DNA from: Octopus vulgaris
Taxonomy: Eukaryota
Length of the DNA: 64,000 nt
Direction of reading: 5' to 3'
Assembly (NCBI GenBank): GCA_951406725.2
Contig: OX597815.1
Coordinates: 81,096,001 to 81,160,000 of the forward strand
Shown: piece by piece, positions 28,491 through 42,001 of the stretch
How the letters are laid out: each line of letters begins with the position of its first letter
Position numbering within the stretch: position 1 is the stretch's first letter
Position numbers and translations under genes: made by a program
The notes under the pieces: generated by a model
Database searches by the model: none
What the model saw: only the letters and a program-made list of their open reading frames with translations
Told to the model about the DNA's origin: nothing

Positions 28491-28760
28491 CAATGGCTTT
28501 CAACCGGAGTCCATATAAGATTTTGTAATTAAGATTTATATGAAATAAATGTGGTTACACTTCTAAAATATACAAAATATTTAAACATTTCTAAATACAT
28601 TTCCTAATAATATTTAACAAAATCGATATAATACGATTTTCGTAAACATCGAATGTTCATGAGGGTCCAACCCTCAAAAATTTTTCACCTATGAATCAAA
28701 GGGATCCATAGGTAAAAAAAAAAAAAAAAAATAAAGAAAAAATATGTTGAAGAACCACTG
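28491..28760. mobile_element. hAT(Charlie)-like MITE, degenerate
   Basis: Termini CAATGGCTTTCAAC / GTTGAAGAACCACTG resemble CAGTGGTT-type TIRs; no TSD preserved. Confidence 0.5.
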
Positions 28761-29425
28761 ATTTCGGGGCTCCGCTGTTATGCAAGGATCTGAGTCTTAC
28801 GGCTAATGTGGATTATCCGATTAAAATCGCCTCCTCCAAGTAACTCGACTAGTAATTTAGCTTAAACCCACCCCCAAAGACTTGGCTGCTGCTTTTATCT
28901 TATAGAACCCCACCGCCGAAGAATGAAAAGTTTCAATCTGACCATGACGGGATTTGAAACCGTAACGTAAAAAGATCCAGGTAAAAAAAAAAAAAATGCG
29001 ACAGCCCTCTAAGATCCTGCTAATCCGCTACCCCACAAAAGAAAAACCCGTCTCTACATTTTGAGTTTCATATCTCGTACAGGTCCACTTTGCCTTTCAA
29101 CTCTTGTAAAGGGGTGGGGGTGGGACGGTTCGACGCAGCCGACTAAATCCCCCCACCCGCGAAACCGTTGGCTTTGTGCCTAAATTAGAAATAATGGTTA
29201 TAATCGTAGTGGTGTTTGTAATTATGGCGGTTGCAAATATTAACAGAAAATAATAGTATATATATATATATACATAGCAATAACTACTACTACTGCTACT
29301 ATTACTACTACTAGTGATAGTAGTAATAATGGTGGTTAACATTAGTGGCATTGAGGTACCAATAATTTGTTCGTTAATCCTGTAAATGGGAAACACCCCC
29401 ACACGCAGGTAAACGCATGCATATT

Positions 29426-29457
<32 letters not shown>

Positions 29458-29552
29458 CTACTGCGAAGTGATTTTAGCAAATAAACAAATTGACCAATCA
29501 GAGACGAGGTTTCAAAATAAATAAAGCACGCATTTAACACCACACACACATT

Positions 29553-29590
<38 letters not shown>

Positions 29591-30419
29591 GTATATATAT
29601 GAATGATGTGTGTGTGTACAGCTTCCGCCACTGTACGTTACGATAACACCTCCTCATCCCCGAATCAATCAACCGACCAACCCAGTCAGTCAGTATCCTA
29701 CCTACCCAGTTGCCCACCCAACCATCCGCCTCTTTTACACTACTCCAGGTACTTGCTTCACCTCGCCTTGTGTATGTAATAATTTAGGCGCGAACACACA
29801 GACACATAAAACACGTTGTGACTTCTACAGATTAGTGAGGGAGAGAGAGGAGAAAGAGATGAAAAAGCAAGCATTCAGACAAGGATGGACAGAGCGGGGG
29901 AGGGAGGGGAGGGTAAACAGACAGACAGACAGAAAGAGCCGTAGAAAAAAAGAGAGAGAAGGGGGGAGGGAGAGAGAACATGAGTTAGACCACAATGAAG
30001 AGAGAGAAGCTGGGCGTTTAGACACATAAGAAGCATGTAGAGCTAGAGATAATGTGTGTGTGTGTGTGAAAGATGAAGAGAAAATATGAGAGAGAATAGG
30101 AGTAGGATAATAGAGTCCATGACAAAAGAAATATGAGAATGAGATGGAGCGAGGGAGAGAGAGAATGTCGGGCAGAGAAAGATGAAAACAGCGATGAGAA
30201 GAGGGGGGGGAGAAAACCCCTGTCAAATTGATCAAGTCACACAAATACGCAAAGTCGCAAAGTTCCATGTGCAGTTTTTGGAACGAGAAGCACACACGCA
30301 CGCACTCAACGCTAAATTCGAAAATGCTGTGGTTGTTTAGGGCCCAAAGCGACCCTGATCTAGCAGATTTTGAGCAAAGGCTCTCTCTCCCCCTACGACC
30401 ATCCCGTGTGTGTTGTGAA

Positions 30420-30595
30420 GGCGCATGACTCAGTGGTTAGAGCGTCGGGCTAACAATCATGAAGTTGTGGGTTCGATTCTCCGCATTGGAGCTGTGTGTT
30501 GTGTTCTTGAGCAAGACACTTCATTTCACGTTGATCCGGTTCACTCAGCTGTAGAAATGAGTTGCGACGTCACTGAACCTGTTTCGACTGTGGCC
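30420..30595 (+). mobile_element. tRNA-derived SINE with V-domain-like core, inserted in an older repeat
   Basis: GGCGCATGACTCAGTGGTTAGAGCG..GGTTCGATTC followed by TGTGTTCTTGAGCAAGACACTT..CACTCAGCTGT; flanks 30330-30410 and 30640-30740 are two halves of an antisense family-D copy. Confidence 0.7.
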
Positions 30596-31256
30596 AACCA
30601 GTTAAGTTTTTTTTTTTTTTTTTACCTCATCTCAGAAACATTGGCTTCTCTGCCTGTCTCTCTTTCTCTCTCTTTAAGGCAGTAGAGTGTGTGATTTTAA
30701 GGGTATTTTAACTGCAATTTCTAACTTGTTAAAGGACCACGCGCACCGTGTACAGCAATGATTCTCTGAGGACGCGCCTATATCCTCATAAACGGTATCT
30801 AGACACGCCGCGAGTTTCTAAAAGTTTGAATTTTAAGGTCTTTCAAAATCCATATAGATGCTTTAACAGCTTTGAATTATTCAAAATGAAGTTGTATACA
30901 AATAGTATTACTAAAACTTGATAAGCTGTAATAGTACACTATATTTTTTATAAAAATTTGTAATTTTGAAACATTTGAAAAAGAAATTTTTTCCAGTAAT
31001 TTTATAGGTTGTCCCCAGTAATACGCAGAACAAGAGGGGAGGCCGTAGGGGGCTTCCTCGCTGTTCTGTTTCAGCAATTCGATAATGACCGCTATGAGAA
31101 AACGGGAGTATGTGATTGTTTTCAAAGGGTAGGATTTTTTTCTTAAGTTTGCGTTTTATAAAGGTGCAGCAGGGAATGACAAAGCAATAAACGATTATCC
31201 TATGAACTTTATTACCTTACAACTGTTCCCACTATAAATTAATCGTTTATTCCTAG

Positions 31257-31258
<2 letters not shown>

Positions 31259-31330
<72 letters not shown>
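31259..31330. repeat. (GA)n microsatellite
   Basis: Perfect dinucleotide run. Confidence 0.97.
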
Positions 31331-31332
<2 letters not shown>

Positions 31333-31361
31333 AATCTGTAATATGTTAGGTGATAACTCCG

Positions 31362-31395
31362 GGGCATGTTTCGGTCTTATTTGATCTCATCGAAG
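31362..31395 (-). ncRNA. Degenerate minimal hammerhead-ribozyme-like motif (Penelope type)
   Basis: Minus strand TCGATGA-GATC-AAATAA-GACC-GAAA-CATG: core with CU swapped to UC, stem II with one mismatch, palindromic CATG after GAAA. Confidence 0.4.
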
Positions 31396-31763
31396 CATAG
31401 CCGATTCGGCTGCTTGTCAAGACGAATATAACTGAGCAGAGCTAGGGGGTTGTGTGTTGGCAAAGTTGGCATATTGTTTGTATGTTTGTAAAGCAAACTT
31501 CTTACTGCACAGCCACGTATATATATTTACGTTGCTGTTAGATTTTCTATGAGACACGTATACATACAAACTTACAACACTGCTACAAATTATCATCTAC
31601 GATAAATATAATTCTGCCTGTCCCCACATACCTATCTTAATAAACTGTCTTCCAGCGTCACTTTTTAAACAAACACAACTACGGAACAAAAGCGAAGACA
31701 ACTGAAATATATAGCAGAATTGACTAAAGTACCCCTATAAATTTGAAAGTATTATTATTATTA

Positions 31764-31796
<33 letters not shown>

Positions 31797-32348
31797 GGGT
31801 GAGAGAGCAGCGCATGCCACCAGAGTGACACTGGGATAAAATATGCGAACCCTAATAATACACATCGTGATTACCTGTCTGATAAGGGCACACCGGGCAT
31901 ATGCATCACAGCCCTATTTGCACAACATGGTGATCTTATATCAAAACAAACAGTGCATGACCTTGCAAGTGGGGTCCAGTTAGAATTTTCTTCGGGTCGA
32001 GTAGCCCATCCCGCTCAAGTGGTCCTTGAATAAAGTTTGTTTAAAGATGATGAACAAAATACCTGTATTTCCAGAAGTGAATTATTCAAACCCCAAAGAA
32101 TTCCCCTCAATACATGGCTATAGTGCTCCCCGCTACTTCTGTTCGTGATCAAATATGCACATATTGTCAGCCACTAAGGGACATGCTCAACTGGTTAAGG
32201 TCAACAACTGACAAGCAAATCTGTAGTATTGAGCAGAATATTTGCTGTGCCCATCTTTTATACCAAGACAAAACAACGTACATGATAACACTTCCAATTA
32301 TTTAAGATCAAAAGCAATGAGGGTCACTGCCTGATACTGCATCAAGGC
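31797..32348 (-). mobile_element. Family C element (about 550 bp) inserted in (AAT)n
   Basis: Bounded by (TTA)n on both sides; homologous to 41016-41505 and 53656-53993. Confidence 0.8.
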
Positions 32349-32862
32349 TATTATTATTATTATTATTATTATTAGGGGCAATACACTGGGGGAATCATTG
32401 GGAGCGTTGGACAAAATACCTCGCAGTATTCTACCCAACTCTTTACGTTCTGAGCTGAAATCCTGCGAGGTTTGAACTTCGCCTTTCATCCTTTCCAAGT
32501 ACCAGTCAAATACTGGAGCCAATATAATCGAATAACCAACACCACTTAAAAACTTGGCCTTGTGCCAAAATCTTAAACATTTATTATACAACCGCCGCTT
32601 CAAAATCCATAATGAATTCTGCTTCACATAATGCTTGGACTATATAAAACATTTTCCAAGATATTTTAGACCTCTCACTTTACGATATATATATATATGA
32701 AGCGACAACAGTTAGGAATTTTTGAGTCTCCTGACAGTTTTAGGCCATTATCTAGTAGGCCCATGATGAAAGATGTTCCAGTTATAACGAGTGCAACATT
32801 TTTATAAGTAGTGTATCGAGGACGATAATATGTATGTATCTGTGTGTGTATACATATATATG

Positions 32863-32917
<55 letters not shown>

Positions 32918-33427
32918 TGTGTGTAGTTAGTTTACTCTATCAGGCCCTTTTCTTTTAAGTATGTATTCGAGACAGCAGAAAACATTTTATTCATTGCAAC
33001 GCGAGCGTATAAATACCAACAACAGTTGTCCCCCTTGACTAGACAACCCGAACCGACTATCTGTATATCATACAGTAGAGAGAGTAAAAAAAAAATGAAC
33101 ATATCGCTTTTATCCCATTCTCTCATTATTTCAAAATGGAAAGATAGCAAACATGGATGATACGAAATATAATTACATAAGTTGTTTGTTTCTTTTTAAA
33201 ATCAAAACAAAACCAGGCTATGTTAAAAAAAAAGAAGAAAAATAGAGTATAGCCTACGGAAGTCAAACAAGGTAGTGAATCTCCGATACTACATATTTAT
33301 TGGGTATATACTTGAGATCAGAAAGTTAACACATACACACAAACTAGAAAAGTGCGTAGAAAAATCACTATTTTCGGCTGTAAATTAATTTTTAATTAAC
33401 TCTCAAAGTACAATGCGGTGATTATAT

Positions 33428-33635
33428 ACTCTCTCTTTTGTTCTTTTACTAGTTTCAGTCATTTGACTGTGGCCATGCTGGAACACCGCCTTTAGTCGAG
33501 CAAATCGACTCCAGGACTTATTCTTTGTAAGCCTAGTACTTATTCTATCGGTCCCTTGTGCCGAACCGCTAAGTTACGCGATGTAAACGCACCAGCATCG
33601 GTTGTTTGGGGGGGGGGGCAAAAACACACACACAC

Positions 33636-33681
<46 letters not shown>

Positions 33682-33835
33682 CATACATACATACGCACAC
33701 GACAGGCTTCTTTCAGTTTAAGTCTACCAATTCCACCCGGAAGGCTTTGAGTGCCACGCACGGGGATGAACACGGAACCATGTGGTTAGTAAACAAGCTA
33801 CTTATCACACACACACACTCCTACGGCTATACATG

Positions 33836-33879
<44 letters not shown>

Positions 33880-33914
33880 GTATACATACACATATATACA
33901 CACATATATATGTA

Positions 33915-33961
<47 letters not shown>

Positions 33962-34002
33962 TATGTATGTATATATATATACACACATATATGTATGTAT
34001 AT

Positions 34003-34037
<35 letters not shown>

Positions 34038-34066
34038 TATATATACACACATATATATATATATAT

Positions 34067-34103
<37 letters not shown>

Positions 34104-34560
34104 CACATATATATATATACACATACACATATATGTGTGTATGTATACAAGCGCACGCACACACACATATATAGGCGCAGGAGTGGCTGTGTGGTAAGTG
34201 GCTCGTTTACCAACCACATGGTTCCGGGTTCAGTCCCACTGCGTGGCACCTTGGGAAAGTGTCTTCTACTACAGCCTCGGGCCGACCAAAGCCTTGTGAG
34301 TGGATTTGGTAGACGGAAACTGAAAGAAGCCCGTCGTATATATGTATATATATATATATGTGCGTGTGTGTTTGTCCCCCTAGCATTGCTTGACAACTGA
34401 TGCTGGTATGTTTATGTCCCCGTTACTTAGCGGTTCGGCAAAAGAGACCGATAAAATAAGTACTGGGCTTACAAAGAATAAGTCCCGGGGTCGATTTGCT
34501 CGATTAAAGGCGGTGCTCCAGCATGGCCGCTGTCAAATGACTGAAACACGTAAAAGAGTA
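33428..34560. mobile_element. Divergent pair of SINE family A copies (33428-33830 minus; 34174-34560 plus) around a (TA/CA)n spacer
   Basis: Both match the family A consensus in opposite orientations. Confidence 0.88.
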
Positions 34561-37213
34561 TATACACGCAGAAAGATATGTACACATGAAGAGGGATAGT
34601 TACATACGCACATACATATCCGGCCACCCATCCCTTTCTGTATGTTCCCTTTCATGTGCTTGTATGATAGGGGAATGCCAAAGCAACGACACGCCTACTT
34701 AACTTATTTCCTGACCCCCATAAAGATAAAATACAGTCGACCTCATTGAGTTTTGAACTCATGACGCAAACACCCAGAACCTTCCGAACAAAGAAGAGAC
34801 GAATCGATGTACTGTACAGCACTGAATGGTTAAGCAAGCATTGGCAACGTTTTTCGAGAAGCGAGCCGCATGAAACGTGGCTCCTCATCTGACGGGCAGC
34901 GCTACTAAAAGACGTTATTTCCTTCGCGAAAGTGAACGTGACGTTCACAAAGTTCTTCAAGCCGTAGTTTGCCCGTGACTAGTTTACAACGATGGCAGAA
35001 GAGACAGAGATCGGAATGAAAATAATCGTGGTATTTTTACAATCAGGGTTCAAATCGCGCGCGCAAGCTGATTGCATTTTGCCTTTCATCTTTCCCAAGA
35101 TCCATAAAATATTAATGGTCTGGTACCATAGCTAGAAATAACCGCCGATCCTACCTGCTGTATTTCTCTCGAGAGCAATTTCTAATTCAGTTAAGTTCCT
35201 TCAAAGAATTAACTTTACAGTATTACTAATTCACTTATCTACCTCATTCCTACTCTAAAAATTGACCAAACTTTGTCATCGCTCGTCATTTGGTGTTGTA
35301 TATTTCTACGAGATTTACTTTACTATTGTAAAGCTTATTTTATGAAGGAACTTGACAGAATTGTAATCGGCTCTTAAGAAGACTCTCGATTCTGAACAGA
35401 GTCAAACACCGGTTACACACACACACACCGGATTACTTTACCCTTGGATTATGTTACGCTTCGAGTTCCTTCAGTGTATGTCGTGTTTGTACTTTGGATT
35501 TTATATAACCATGAGACGAGATCCATAGTAAATTCCGACACCGACTATAAATGGGAACCAATTCATATAAATCTAGGACTGACCACATGTGGAGGTTATA
35601 CCACTCGAAAGACAGATTTTTTAAAATTAGCACAAAATGGAAAAAGATGATGGCGCTAACAGACGTTTTTTTTTTTTTTCAAATATAAGCGTCGCTTCCA
35701 CTGTTCTGGAATGAAATGAAATTCTTCAGGAATTGTCAGTGAAATACGAATGGGCGTGTTAAATAAAATCTTTTTCTTGGTTTTAATTTCTTTTAATCTA
35801 AAAGAAACAAGGTAAATAACTACAATCAAATCATTTGGTCGGAGTTTTTTGACACTATGGGTAAAAAAAAAAAAAAGACACGGGAATATGTGGTCCTATG
35901 GATATGAAAAATGGAGATACCATACAAAGTATACGTATTACATAAACTATCCTAAGGGCGGTTTTCCTGCTAATATAAGCAGTATATATTGGAGTAGCTT
36001 TGATCTATAAAGCCAATAAGATAAAGCAACAGATATAGTGGAATACGATCTGCTCAGTGAAACATTCTACGTTGTTGAAGAAGCTAGGAACGACCAGTTT
36101 GCATGAAAATAAAAGGAATTGCACTGATTCTGATTATAAATTAAGAACACAGCAATATGGCCGAAGGAGGAAAATATCCACGGAAAGCTCCCTTGAAGGT
36201 ACTTTTTTTTTTAAAAATCCTACAGCCATTGTAGTTGGTCGATATTTCATCCACCTTACTGCACACAATGACTCTGCTAAGAACGTCCCTTTTACGAAGT
36301 TTAAACGTTTAAGTTCAGCACAGCACTAAACAAGAGTCGCCCAACCGCCTTCGTGGTCCCCAATCTGGAAATAATAAAATGCTCTAGCATATCTTATCCA
36401 TCTTCTTATCACGGCGGTTTGAACTTAGGCACTTGGGTATCAGCTTGAAACTCTTTCCCTTTTACCACGCCCCATACTTTTTTCCACTCTACTTTATTTT
36501 TTATTATACTTGTTGTTCTGTCATTGCCGTTGTTATTGTTGTCGTCGTCGTCGTTGTCGTTTTCTTTCACATTAATTAAATCCTAATTAGATAAACGAAA
36601 CCATTTGTGAAATTTCTCAAGTGGTAAAAAACTGTCAGAAGGCGTGTATGTAGATTTCTATGTATTACGGTTGGTTGTTTGGATGCGTACGTACATATGT
36701 ATGTATGTATGTGTGTGTGTATGTATGTATGTATGTGTGTATGTATGTATGTGTGTATGTATGTATGTATGTGTGTGTATGTATGTATGTATGTATGTAT
36801 CTATCTATGTATGCGCGTATTTTATGTGCTATTTATACATACGCTTATGACTACGTGATTTTATTCGTACGTGTACATAGTTTTGCGTGTGCGTGTACGC
36901 GTACAAATTCGCGCACGTTATTATGTGTTCAGGATTTTTGTCTACACATATTCATTACAAACGCTCACGTATGTGCGAGTGTTTATATACGCTTGTTTGT
37001 ACACACACACACACACACACGCACAAACATTATATGCCTACATATACACATAACACACATGCATGCATTCACACACTCAGCATATATCAGCTCACCTGCC
37101 ACAACAATCGCATCCCTACCCCCACTACATTCTACACACATTTCCCATCATCATGTACTCAGCCCTTTAACCACCACCACATCATTGTTCTTTTATTTAC
37201 TCATACGCACAAG

Positions 37214-37263
<50 letters not shown>

Positions 37264-37714
37264 CATTATCATCATAATCTTGGGCTAGAGTTGTGTGTGT
37301 GTGCGTGTGTGAATGCATAATAGACAGGCAGTGAGCTTACAGTGGAGCTCGATGGACCTTAAAGCCAAGCAGCTGTTTAGGGTTAGAGACAGACTCTCTC
37401 GGTTGCTCCAACCACACCACTCTACAATTAACCTAATGCCTCCACTACCACCACCACACTCCCTTACTCATCTCCCACCACTGTCTGAAAGGGCGGTGGG
37501 TGGGCACACCTCTCGAGAGGTGGGTGTAGATTAGCAAGTACCCCCTACCGCCAATTTACCGTAAATAGAAAGGTGTCAGCGTGGGAGAAAAAAAGTGTGG
37601 GTGTTGGGAGGGAGGGGGAGAAGGACTGGATAGAAGTGGAGGAGGAAGAGGAGGGTGGGAAAGGAGGATTATGAAAGAGAAAGTAGAGCAGTACAAAATG
37701 AGAGAAGCAACACG

Positions 37715-37927
37715 TTTTAAACCGGCCATACCAGGCCCAAATATTCTACTTGTTTTAAGTTCAAGTTGGCCATATCCAGCCTGTCACACCTACCCTACAG
37801 TGTCATTCTAAAACTAAATCACGTCGTCCAAATCTTGAAGCTGCGAGAAAATGCATGATCAGTTCAAAGCAATGTGAATAAATAAGCGTTACATTTGACA
37901 GAGTAACTAGAAGGTTAAAGGGTTGAA
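37715..37927 (+). mobile_element. piggyBac-like MITE fragment (second family)
   Basis: TTTAAACCGGCCATA..TGGCCATATCC.. ending AAAGGG-TTGA; left TIR not preserved. Confidence 0.45.
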
Positions 37928-38054
37928 AAGAAAAAAAATAATAAAGGCTTCTTGATCGGTCTATTACGATTTCTGTATTTCCTTGTCTCTTATATTAAGC
38001 AGATGAAAAATATAGCTTCCTTATTACTGCACACTCACACACACACACACTTAC

Positions 38055-38072
38055 CTATCACTATTTCTACCG
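38055..38072 (-). CDS. Candidate 18-nt microexon
   Basis: tttaacttattgtcttcAG | CGGTAGAAATAGTGATAG | GTAAGT followed by (TG)n; length is a multiple of 3; open as GRNSD (phase 2) or VEIVI (phase 1). Confidence 0.4.
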
Positions 38073-38360
38073 CTGAAGACAATAAGTTAAATAATAGTTG
38101 AACAACTGGCTCAGAACGAGGATTGAACCGCCGATGGAAAAGAGTCGGTTTGATTAAGAGATATTTACCTCACGACACCCGCATACAGAATATAAACCGG
38201 GGTAGATAGATAAATAAATAACAAAACAAAAACAACAAGAAGAAATAAGTTAACAGGAAAATGGTATTAAAAAGCAACAAAACTCAACTAAAACAATGGT
38301 GAAATGAAAACAAAAGAGAACAATAATGGTTTTGTTCACAGATCTTAAACAATATTTATA

Positions 38361-38524
38361 GGCGCAGGAGTGGCTGTGTGGTAAGTAGCTTGCTTACCGA
38401 CCATATGGCTCCGCGTTCAGTCCCACTGCGTGACACCTTGGGCAAGTGTCTTCTGCTATAGCCTCGGGCCAACCAAAGCCTTGTGAGTGGATTTGGTAGA
38501 CGGGGAAACTGAAAGAAGCCCGTC

Positions 38525-38565
<41 letters not shown>

Positions 38566-38762
38566 AGTGTGTATATGTTTGTGTATCTATGTTTGTCCCC
38601 CCAACATCGCTTGACAACCGATGCTAGTGTGTTTACGTCCCCGTAACTTAGCGTTCGGCAAGAGAGACAGATAGAATAAGTACCAGGCTTACAAAGAATA
38701 AGTCCTACTAAAGGCGGTACTTCAGCATGGCCGCAGTCAAATGACTGAAACAAATAAAAGAA
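38361..38762 (+). mobile_element. SINE family A
   Basis: Same head, CORE-like body and tail as 26083-26480. Confidence 0.9.
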
Positions 38763-38824
38763 AAATATAGCAGTCTTTCTCCCTCATAATATATATATAT
38801 ATATATATTCACCATGTTGGACCC

Positions 38825-38975
38825 CTAAAATCTACAAGATTATTTCATTCTCTCTGTTGAAGAGCGTGGGCCCGAAACGTAAAAGGCTTTTTTTCATTTT
38901 TCTCGAGCGTCAAATTAATACACTTGCTTGTTGTTACCTGCCTTCGCCTTTGTTTTTCTATAAATTTCAACTATG
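38825..38975 (+). mobile_element. Penelope-like terminal repeat fragment with hammerhead-like motif
   Basis: TTGAAGA-GCGTGGGCCC-GAAA-CGTA at 38857-38881; lies between (TA)n and (TG)n tracts. Confidence 0.45.
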
Positions 38976-39262
38976 TGTGTGTGTGTGCGCATGCGCAAAT
39001 GCATGTAGTGGAGATTGTTGTAAGTGTTAGTTGTTGTTGTTGATGTATTTGTATTCTTGATGGCGGTGGTAGTAATGGTGTTGGTAGTGGTGGTAGCTGC
39101 ATTATGTGTTACGATAGGGGAACTTATAGCTGGCTAAGTAATGTTAGGTGGTGGTGGTGGTGGCCATTTCTGGGTTGTGATGGAACTGGTGTGGTGTGCA
39201 AGCTGTAGTTGTATGAGTGTGTGACGAAGGGACATACATCTTTAAAAAAACAAAAAGAGAGC

Positions 39263-39294
<32 letters not shown>

Positions 39295-39758
39295 AAATAA
39301 TAAAAAAAACTATGTTTTAGACAACTGTCGCATATTCTCATGTTAAAACCTTTTAAAGCTCGCCAAGAACAAAAGAGATGACGACGGCCACGACCGAGAC
39401 GACAACGATGATGATGATGATGAGCCTGTCTGTTATGCGAATTCCGGTCTAAGGCAAATATTTGACCATGTACACACATACACACACCGTCCGGCAAGAC
39501 CCCATGTTACCTCCCTAATGGACAGAAAAGATAAACAAACACGGCGAGATTACAAAGTGGGGTGGGGAGATTTTATTTATTTATTTTTTGATCGGTGATA
39601 TATGGTATAATACAGGCAAACCTCAACTTAAGTCGTTTCCAGTTTCACCTTTTAATTGATAGGGAAATACACCTCAACTTTAAGTCAATTTCAACTTTGC
39701 GCCAGTCTCAAAACGAACATATAAAAAAAAAGAATAAAAATGAAAAAAAAAAAACAAG

Positions 39759-39911
39759 AGTGCCTGTGTGGTAAGAAGCTTGCTTCCAAACCACAAGGTT
39801 TTGGGTTCAGTCCCACCGCGTGGCGCCTTGGGCAAGTGTCTTCTACTGTAGCCTCGGGCCGACCAAACCCTTGTGAGTGGATTTGGTAGCTGGAAACTGA
39901 AGAAGCCAGTC

Positions 39912-39943
<32 letters not shown>

Positions 39944-40400
39944 ATATATATATATTTGTATGTGTCTGTGTCTCCTCACCATCGCTTGACAACCGATGTT
40001 GGTGTGTTTACGTTCCTGTAACTTAACGATTCGGTAACAGACCGATAGAATAAGTACTAGGATCACAAAGAATAAGTCCTGGGGTTGATTTGCTCTCGGC
40101 TAAAGGCCGTGCTCCAGTATGGCCGCAGTCATAATGATTGAAACAAGTAAAAGAATTTAAAAACCAATACTAAAATATGTACAAATCTTTTATTCTTTTC
40201 TACTCTAGGCAAAAAGCCCGAAATTTTGGGAGAGGGGACCAGACGATTAGATCGACCTAAGTGCGCAACTGGTACTTAAATTATCGACCTCGAAAGGATG
40301 AAAGGCAAAGTCGACCTCGGCGGAATTTGAACTCAGAACGTAGCGGCAGACGAAATACCGCTAAGCATTTCGTCCGGCGTGCTAACGTTTCTGCCAGCTT
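39759..40400. mobile_element. SINE family A (39759-40155 plus) followed by SINE family B (40192-40400 minus)
   Basis: Consensus matches to both families. Confidence 0.85.
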
Positions 40401-40971
40401 TCCAAATTTTAAGCCCCCAAATTTAGGGGGTTTCTTATAAACGTTAAATATATACGGTAAATAATCTTGGCTGGTAGTTGTAGTAGTAATAGTACTGGTT
40501 GCCGTAACACCACCACGGTTACATTGTGAAACTAGAGATTATTCATGTTTTTTTATAAAGCAGGCCCCATATTAGTGTTTGTAATAGTACAAGGATACTA
40601 ATAATTAGATGTAATGGCGGTGGCTGTGGTGTGTCCGGTGTTGTTGGTGAAGATGACGGTGATGATTTCGACGCTGTGATGATGACATAGGGAAGAAGAG
40701 TATGTTGATTCAATCTATGGTTGTCACAGAAGCCTGAATAATCCTAGGGGTGACTGTAGCCAAAGAACATCACACACACCGGCCATTTTCAAGGACGCCT
40801 AAGTACATACAGTGTGTGCGTGTGTGTGTGCCTGTTGAGATCGATTTCTCAGATGGCATGGAGTGCAAGGGTTACAGATTTTAAGAAAAGTTGTTTGCAG
40901 GAAGCAAGAACGATGTCTTTGAGAAAAGCATGTGTGTCTATCAATACACACACCAAGAATGTAAATGACTG

Positions 40972-41015
<44 letters not shown>

Positions 41016-41950
41016 GAGTGTGAGAGGAGTGCAAGCCATCAAAGTGACACTGAGGTAAAATATAGTAAGTCCAGTATACCCATCATGACTACCCGTCTGA
41101 TAAGGGTACATTAGGCACACGCGTCGCAACCATATGTGCGCAACATGGTGATCTCGTATCAATATTAACAGCGCATGACCTTGTAGATGGGACCCAGTTA
41201 GAATTTTCTTCAGGTTGAGTAGACCATACCACTCAAAACGTCCTTGAAAAAGGGTTGTTTAAGGGTGTTGAATGAAACACCCATGTTTCCAAAGGTGAAT
41301 TATCCAAACCCCAAAGAATTCCTCTCAACACATGGCTATGATGCTCCCCCACCACTTCTGCTTGCGATCAGAGATGCACATATCGTTAGCCACTTAGGGA
41401 CATGCTCAAACAACTGACAAGCAAATCTGTGGTATTGAGCAGAATATTTGCTCAAACAACTGACAAGCAAATCTGTGGTATTGAGCAGAATATTTGCTGT
41501 AGCCCATTATTATTATTATTATTATTAAGGTGGTGAGCGGGAAGAATCATTAGCACGCTGGACAAAAAGCTTAGCGGTATTTCGCCCGTCGCTACGTTCA
41601 GAGTTCAAATCCGCCGAAGTCGACTTTGACTTTCATCCTTTCGGGGTCAAATAAATTAAGTGCTAGTGAAACACTGGGGTCGTTGTAATCGATTAGTTCC
41701 CTCCCGCAAAATTCCCGGCTTTGTGCCTTTAATAGAAAGGATTATTATCATTATGATTAAGGCGACAAGCCGGCAGAATCGTTACCGCGCCGGGCAATTC
41801 AGCATTTCGTCCGTCTTTACGTTCTGGGTTTAAATTCCTCCGAGGTCGACTTTGCCTTTCATCCTTTCGGGGGTCGATAAATTAAGTACCGGTGTAATTG
41901 ACTATCCCATTTCCCTAAATTCCAGGCCTTGTGCCTATAGTAGAAAGGAT
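41016..41950. mobile_element. Family C (41016-41505 minus, truncated) followed by two tandem SINE family B copies (41528-41745, 41761-41950 plus) within (TTA)n tracts
   Basis: Homology to other copies; all junctions are ATT repeats. Confidence 0.85.
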
Positions 41951-41968
41951 TATTATTATTATTGTTAT

Positions 41969-42001
<33 letters not shown>

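Noticed and set aside
30420-30490. tRNA gene
   Set aside because: Acceptor stem does not close and the sequence runs into a SINE body; it is a SINE head.
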